This document shows positions 58,895 through 64,000 of a stretch of DNA of 64,000 nt, piece after piece; positions within the stretch are counted from its first letter, which is position 1, and the number at the start of each line of letters is the position of its first letter. Source of the stretch: Rhabdothermincola salaria (GTDB taxonomy: Bacteria; Actinomycetota; Acidimicrobiia; Acidimicrobiales; Acidimicrobilacustridaceae). A program made the translations under genes and the position numbers. The stretch is taken from assembly GCF_021246445.1 (NCBI RefSeq), contig NZ_JAJQXW010000003.1:248001-312000 (forward strand), given 5' to 3'. The notes beneath the pieces are model-generated. The model saw nothing but the letters and a program-made list of their open reading frames with translations, did not search any database and was not told the origin of the DNA.

Positions 58895-58994
58895 GGGGAC
58901 TCCTGGCGGTGGTGGCACTGGTGGTTCTGGCGCTCGACCCGCGGATCGCGACGCAGCGACGGATTTCTCCTATCACCGTAGGTAGAATACCGAT

Positions 58995-59714
58995 GTGGAC
59001 CGAGCCACCCTCAGTCCGACCGAGTTCTCTTCGGTCGTCACCGCCATCACGTCGGCCTTCGGCGACCCCACGCGGCGCGAGATCTACCTGGCGGCGCGCT
59101 CCACCGAGGACGGCGTCACCGCCACCGAGGTGGCCAAGCGCTTCGACCTGCACCCCAACGTGGCCCGCCACCACCTCGACAAGCTCGCCGGAGGCGGCTA
59201 TCTCGAGGTCACGGTGGCCAAACCGGCGGGAGGCGCGGGGCGCCCCTCCAAGCGCTACCGGGCCACCGCCAAGGCCGACCACCTCGATCTGCCCGTGCGC
59301 CACGACGACGTCCTCGTCACCCTGCTGGGACGAGCCATACAGATGCTGCCCCGCGAGCAGGCCGAACTGATGGCCGAGGAGGTGGGCGAGGAGTACGGCC
59401 GCCGCATGGCCGCCAGCCTCGGCGACACGTCCGACACCCAGCGCTCCGTCCGGTCCGCGTTGCACACCGTGGCCGACGCCCTCACCGCCCACGGGTTCGC
59501 GGCCCACGCCGAGAAGCGCAACAACGAGCTGCGCATCGTCAGCGAGCACTGCCCCTTCGGCGACGCCGTGATGACCAACCCCGTCATCTGCGCGGTCGAC
59601 CGGGGGATGGTGCGGGGCATGGTCGCCGCCCTGTACGGGGGCGACGCCCACCTCGCCCTCGAGTCGTCCAAGCCCATGGGCGACGCCGTCTGCATCACCT
59701 CGGTCGAGTCCTGA
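58995..59714 (+). CDS. SufR-like / ArsR-type winged-HTH regulator with Cys-containing C-terminal domain
   Basis: TATEVAKRFDLHPNVARHHLDKL, GRPSKRY, EHCPF...PVIC...C; leaderless (TAGAAT-6nt-GTG). Confidence 0.75.
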   Translation: MDRATLSPTEFSSVVTAITSAFGDPTRREIYLAARSTEDGVTATEVAKRFDLHPNVARHHLDKLAGGGYLEVTVAKPAGGAGRPSKRYRATAKADHLDLPVRHDDVLVTLLGRAIQMLPREQAELMAEEVGEEYGRRMAASLGDTSDTQRSVRSALHTVADALTAHGFAAHAEKRNNELRIVSEHCPFGDAVMTNPVICAVDRGMVRGMVAALYGGDAHLALESSKPMGDAVCITSVES

Positions 59715-59722
59715 CCCCGACC

Positions 59723-60910
59723 GTGGCCCGCCACTACCTCGACCACGCGTCGACGTCGACGCTGCGTCCCCCGGCTCGCGACGCCATGGTGGCCTGGCTC
59801 ACCGGCGGCGACGGCCACGACCTCGTCGCCGGGGACCCGAGCCGGATCCACGTCGAGGGGATGCGGGCCCGGGCCGCCCTCGAGGAGGCCCGCGACCAGC
59901 TCGCCGCCCTGGTCGGGGCGCGCTCGCGCGAAGTGGTGTTCACCAGCGGCGCCACCGAGGCCATCGCCACCGCGGTGTGGGGCGCGGTCCGCCGGGCGGT
60001 CGAGCTCGGCCACGAGCCCCACGTGGTGCTCGCCGCGGTCGAGCACTCTGCAGTGCGCCAGTCCTCGACCGCGTTCGCCGAGGCCTTCGGAGGGTCGGTC
60101 TCGATCGTCGGCGTCGACCGGCTCGGTCGCATCGACGTCGACGAGGTGGCCGAAGCCGTGCGACCCGACACCGCGTTGGTGCACGTGCAGTGGGGCAACC
60201 ACGAGGTCCCCACCCTGCAGCCCGTCGACGCCGTCGTGGGCCTGGCCAACGAACGGGGGGTCCTGGTGCACGTCGATGCTGCGCAGGCCGCCGGCCGGGT
60301 GCCGCTCGACTTCGGTGCGGTCGGCGCCGACCTGCTCTCGCTCAGCGGGCCCAAGTTCGGCGCGCCTCCCGGCACCGGGGCGCTGCTCGTGCGCCGCGGG
60401 CTGCGCCTCACGCCGCTGTTGACGGGCGGCGACCAGGAGCGGGCCCGGCGGGCGGGCCTCGAGAACCTCCCGGCGCTGGTCGGGCTGGGAGCGGCCGCCG
60501 AGGCGCTGCTCATCACCGACGCCGAGGGCGAGACGGCCCTCACCGTCGAGGAACGGTCGTCACGGGCGCACACCGACCGCCTGCTGGCCGCGCTGGCCCG
60601 CACCGACGGCATCGAGGTCCTCGGCGAGCCCGGCGCGACCGGCCGGCTGCCCCACCTGGTGTGCGTGAGCGTCGACGGGGTCGAACCCCAAGGGGTGCTG
60701 CTCGGCCTCGATCAGGCCGGCATCGCCGCCCACTCCGGCAGCGCCTGCGCCTCGGAGTCGCTCGAGCCCTCACCCGTGCTCGAGGCCATGGGCGCCGATG
60801 CCCACCGCTCGCTGCGCATCTCGGTCGGGTGGGACACCACCGACGCGGACGTCGACGCCCTCCTCGACACCCTGCCGGTGGTCGTCGAGCGCCTACGAGC
60901 GCTGGCCTGA
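59723..60910 (+). CDS. iscS: Cysteine desulfurase (NifS/IscS class I)
   Basis: YLDHAS, FTSGATE, VEHSAV, HVDAAQA, SGPKFG, HSGSACAS. Confidence 0.85.
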   Translation: MARHYLDHASTSTLRPPARDAMVAWLTGGDGHDLVAGDPSRIHVEGMRARAALEEARDQLAALVGARSREVVFTSGATEAIATAVWGAVRRAVELGHEPHVVLAAVEHSAVRQSSTAFAEAFGGSVSIVGVDRLGRIDVDEVAEAVRPDTALVHVQWGNHEVPTLQPVDAVVGLANERGVLVHVDAAQAAGRVPLDFGAVGADLLSLSGPKFGAPPGTGALLVRRGLRLTPLLTGGDQERARRAGLENLPALVGLGAAAEALLITDAEGETALTVEERSSRAHTDRLLAALARTDGIEVLGEPGATGRLPHLVCVSVDGVEPQGVLLGLDQAGIAAHSGSACASESLEPSPVLEAMGADAHRSLRISVGWDTTDADVDALLDTLPVVVERLRALA

Positions 60911-60929
60911 GCCGAAGCCGGGACGCGAC

Positions 60930-60979
60930 GAGACGGGGGTCGACCGGCTCCCCCAAGCGCGCCGAGCGATCCCCGTCTC
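60930..60979. terminator. Hairpin between iscS and the convergent ABC operon
   Basis: GAGACGGGGGTCG...CGATCCCCGTCTC. Confidence 0.5.
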
Positions 60980-61010
60980 CCTCCGGGGCCCGAGGGCCCC
61001 AGGACTCGTG

Positions 61011-61397
61011 TCAGCGCTGGCCGACGACGCGATCGGTCTGGTCGCGCTGCTCGAAGATGAGCCGGACCAGCCAGTAGCGGAAGTAGCGACGCAGCGACAT
61101 CACCGCGAACACCGCCGCCGAGGCGACGGTGAGGGTCAACCCGAGGGTGCCCATGGCGCTGTAGTCGGCGATGCCGAGGGTGCTCTCGGTCCCCCGCGTG
61201 CCGAGCCAGCCCACGAGGGCCAGCACGATGCCGAGGACCATGCCGATGCCCGAGAGGATGACCCAGACGCGCTCGGGGTTGGCCTTGCCGCCGGAGACCT
61301 TGAGGTCGTCGACCTCGCGCTGGAACTCGGCGAGTCGGGGTGACGGGGTCACACCACCGTTGTCGGTGGCTGAGGTGGTGGGTTGGGTGGCGGTCAC
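61011..61397 (-). CDS. Small 2-TM hypothetical protein at the end of the ABC operon
   Basis: AAGGAG RBS before GTG 61397; two hydrophobic helices; ends RYWLVRLIFEQRDQTDR. Confidence 0.72.
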   Translation of the reverse strand: MTATQPTTSATDNGGVTPSPRLAEFQREVDDLKVSGGKANPERVWVILSGIGMVLGIVLALVGWLGTRGTESTLGIADYSAMGTLGLTLTVASAAVFAVMSLRRYFRYWLVRLIFEQRDQTDRVVGQR

Positions 61398-61410
61398 GAT
61401 GTGCTCCTTG

Positions 61411-62126
61411 TCAGACATGGGCTGGGTCGGCGGTGACGCCGAGATAGGCCTCGGTGAGCTCTTCGGCGATCTCGGCGGGTGGTCCGGTACGGGTGATGCG
61501 GCCGTGCAACATGATCGATGCGACGGTGGCGACGCCCAGCACGACCTGGGCGAACTGCTCGACGACGAGGATGGAGATCCCTTGGGCGGCGAGCTCGCCC
61601 ACCCGCTCGTAGAGCTCCTCGACGATGATGGGCGCCAGGCCCATCGACAGCTCGTCGAGCAACAACACGGCGGGGTCGGTGACCAGCGCCCGCGACATGG
61701 CCAGCATCTGCTGCTCGCCACCCGACATGGTGCCGGCGACCTGCTTGCGACGCTCCTTGAGGCGGGGGAACTGGCTGAAGGCCTTGTCCTGGACGTCGGA
61801 CATCGACACCCCGGCATGGGTGAACATGCGCAGGTTCTCGGTGACGGTGAGGTTGGGGAAGATGCCCCGCCCCTCGGGCACGAGGCACACACCGGATCGG
61901 GCGAGCGCATCGCTGGTGGCGCCGTTGATCTCGCGGCCGCTGAGCAGCAGCTGCCCAGCGGAAGGCGCGATCTGGCCGCTGCACACGCCCAAGGTGGTGG
62001 TCTTGCCGGCACCGTTGGGGCCCAACAGGGCGTGGACCTGGCCGACCTCCAGGGAGAGGTTCACTCCGTGGAGCACGTCGATGGTCCCGTAGCCGCCGCG
62101 CAGGTTGCGCAGCTCGAGGATCCCGG

Positions 62127-62130
<4 letters not shown>
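61411..62130 (-). CDS. LivF-like ABC ATPase
   Basis: GPNGAGKTT, VPEGRGIFPNLTV, MSGGEQQMLA, LDELSMGLAP. Confidence 0.92.
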
Positions 62131-62866
<736 letters not shown>

Positions 62867-62870
<4 letters not shown>

Positions 62871-64000
62871 ACCGGCACCTCCTCTCCGGGCACGCCCGGT
62901 CTGGTCGAGCCGTTGCCTCCGTGCCCCGCACCGGCGGCGGCGGGGACGAGGGGCTGCTCGTCGAGCTCGTCGGCGACGTGCAGGACCCGATCGAGCTGGG
63001 CCACCTTCTCGCTGGTGAACTCCCGGGTCAGGCCCAGGTCGCCGATCTCGGCGAGACGGATGTTCTGCTCGCGGGCGATCGACCGGGCGAGCTCCTTTTC
63101 CTCACGGGCGTCTCGCCGCCAGGGCAGGAGGCCGGCGAGGTCGCGTCCGGCGTAGAACACCGCCCCCTCGGGCCGGAAGGCCATGGAGATGGCGGCCAGG
63201 CCCGGACCGATGAGCTCGACCGCAGTCAGCCAGCTCGGCTCGCCCAGCACCTCGTAGAGGGCGGGGAACGAGGCGAGACCGATGACGGCCATGAAGGCGG
63301 CGATCGGGTAGCGCACGCCTTGCACCGCGAGCAACAGCACCAGCGGCAGACCGGCGAACAGCGGGAACGAGTCGACCCGCAGCGCGCCCGAGGACAGGCC
63401 CAGCATGGTGCCGGCGAAGCCCGCGATCGCCCCCGACAGCGCCCAGACCAGCATCTTCTGGGTGGTGATGTTCACCCCGATGGTGGCCGATGCCGCCGGC
63501 GAGTCGGACATGGCGATCCACCGACGAGCGAAGCGGGTGCGGCGCATGAGCATGAGCCCCAACATGAACAACGCGAAGACCGCAGCCAGGAAGATCACGA
63601 AGGCCTTGCGGTCGCCGGCGTCGGTGCTGATGGTGAAACCGAACAGCTGCAAGGGTTCGAACAACGTGCCGGTGGCCGACGGGTCGAGCATGTTGGGGTG
63701 GCGCACGATCACCTTGTCGGTGAACTCGGCGAAGGCCAAGGTGGCCAAGGCCAGGTACAACCCTTTCAACCGCAGTGCCGGCAGGGCGATGAGCAGGCCC
63801 AGCGGGGCGCAGACCAACATGACCAGCAAGATGCCGATCGGGTCGCCGTTCTGACCCCCCAGGTGGCTGTAGAGCACGGCACCGATGCCGGCGATGGCGA
63901 AGTTGGCGAAGCTCACCTGGCCGGCCCAACCGATGAGCGGCACAAGTGACAGCGTGATCACGCCGAGCACCATGAAGAAGGCGCCACGCCCCAGCCACAC
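62867..64000 (-). CDS. LivM-like ABC permease (5' end outside window)
   Basis: GWAGQVSF, PALRLKGLYLALATLAF, AASATIGVN. Confidence 0.88.

Overview
This is a very GC-rich (roughly 70%+ by eye) actinobacterial chromosomal window. Gene content and order suggest class Acidimicrobiia (inference). It is mostly core genome. The minus-strand argS-lysA...hom-thrC...rho-rpmE-prfA-prmC...glyA-wecA-atp superoperon is present, with an F1Fo operon that has two b subunits and C-terminal tails on alpha and gamma. An ApgM-family phosphomutase sits where thrB normally is. A ~7.3 kb heme-acquisition block (DUF2470, TetR, LPxTG-anchored HtaA, hmuTUV, an Ig-like surface protein and heme oxygenase, with two DtxR-type boxes) splits lysA from hom. 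Further right are tRNA-Arg(CCG), BCCT/USP/MFS/LCP genes, an acyl-CoA dehydrogenase divergent from a stand-alone ferredoxin-FrhB (F420) protein, udgB, the MSMEG_4193/DUF3090/SCO1664 triad and etfBA. The end carries a redox/Fe-S neighbourhood (whiB1, pdtaS, an ArsA pair, DUF3107, mrp, a SufR-like regulator, iscS) and part of a liv-type ABC operon. I saw no integrase, transposase or CRISPR array. The best candidate for something undescribed is a pair of secreted DUF4397 proteins, 22 kb apart, that both end in a Pro-rich tether plus an identically spaced A-x-P-x4-P-x-[VF]-T-G-stop tail with no membrane anchor, which could be a novel sorting signal. Other candidates are the orphan FrhB/ACAD/ETF module with a shared operator, a degenerate nuclease-like gene fixed between rpmE and prfA, and two genes that appear to start at near-cognate codons. 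All calls come from motif recognition by eye; no searches were run.
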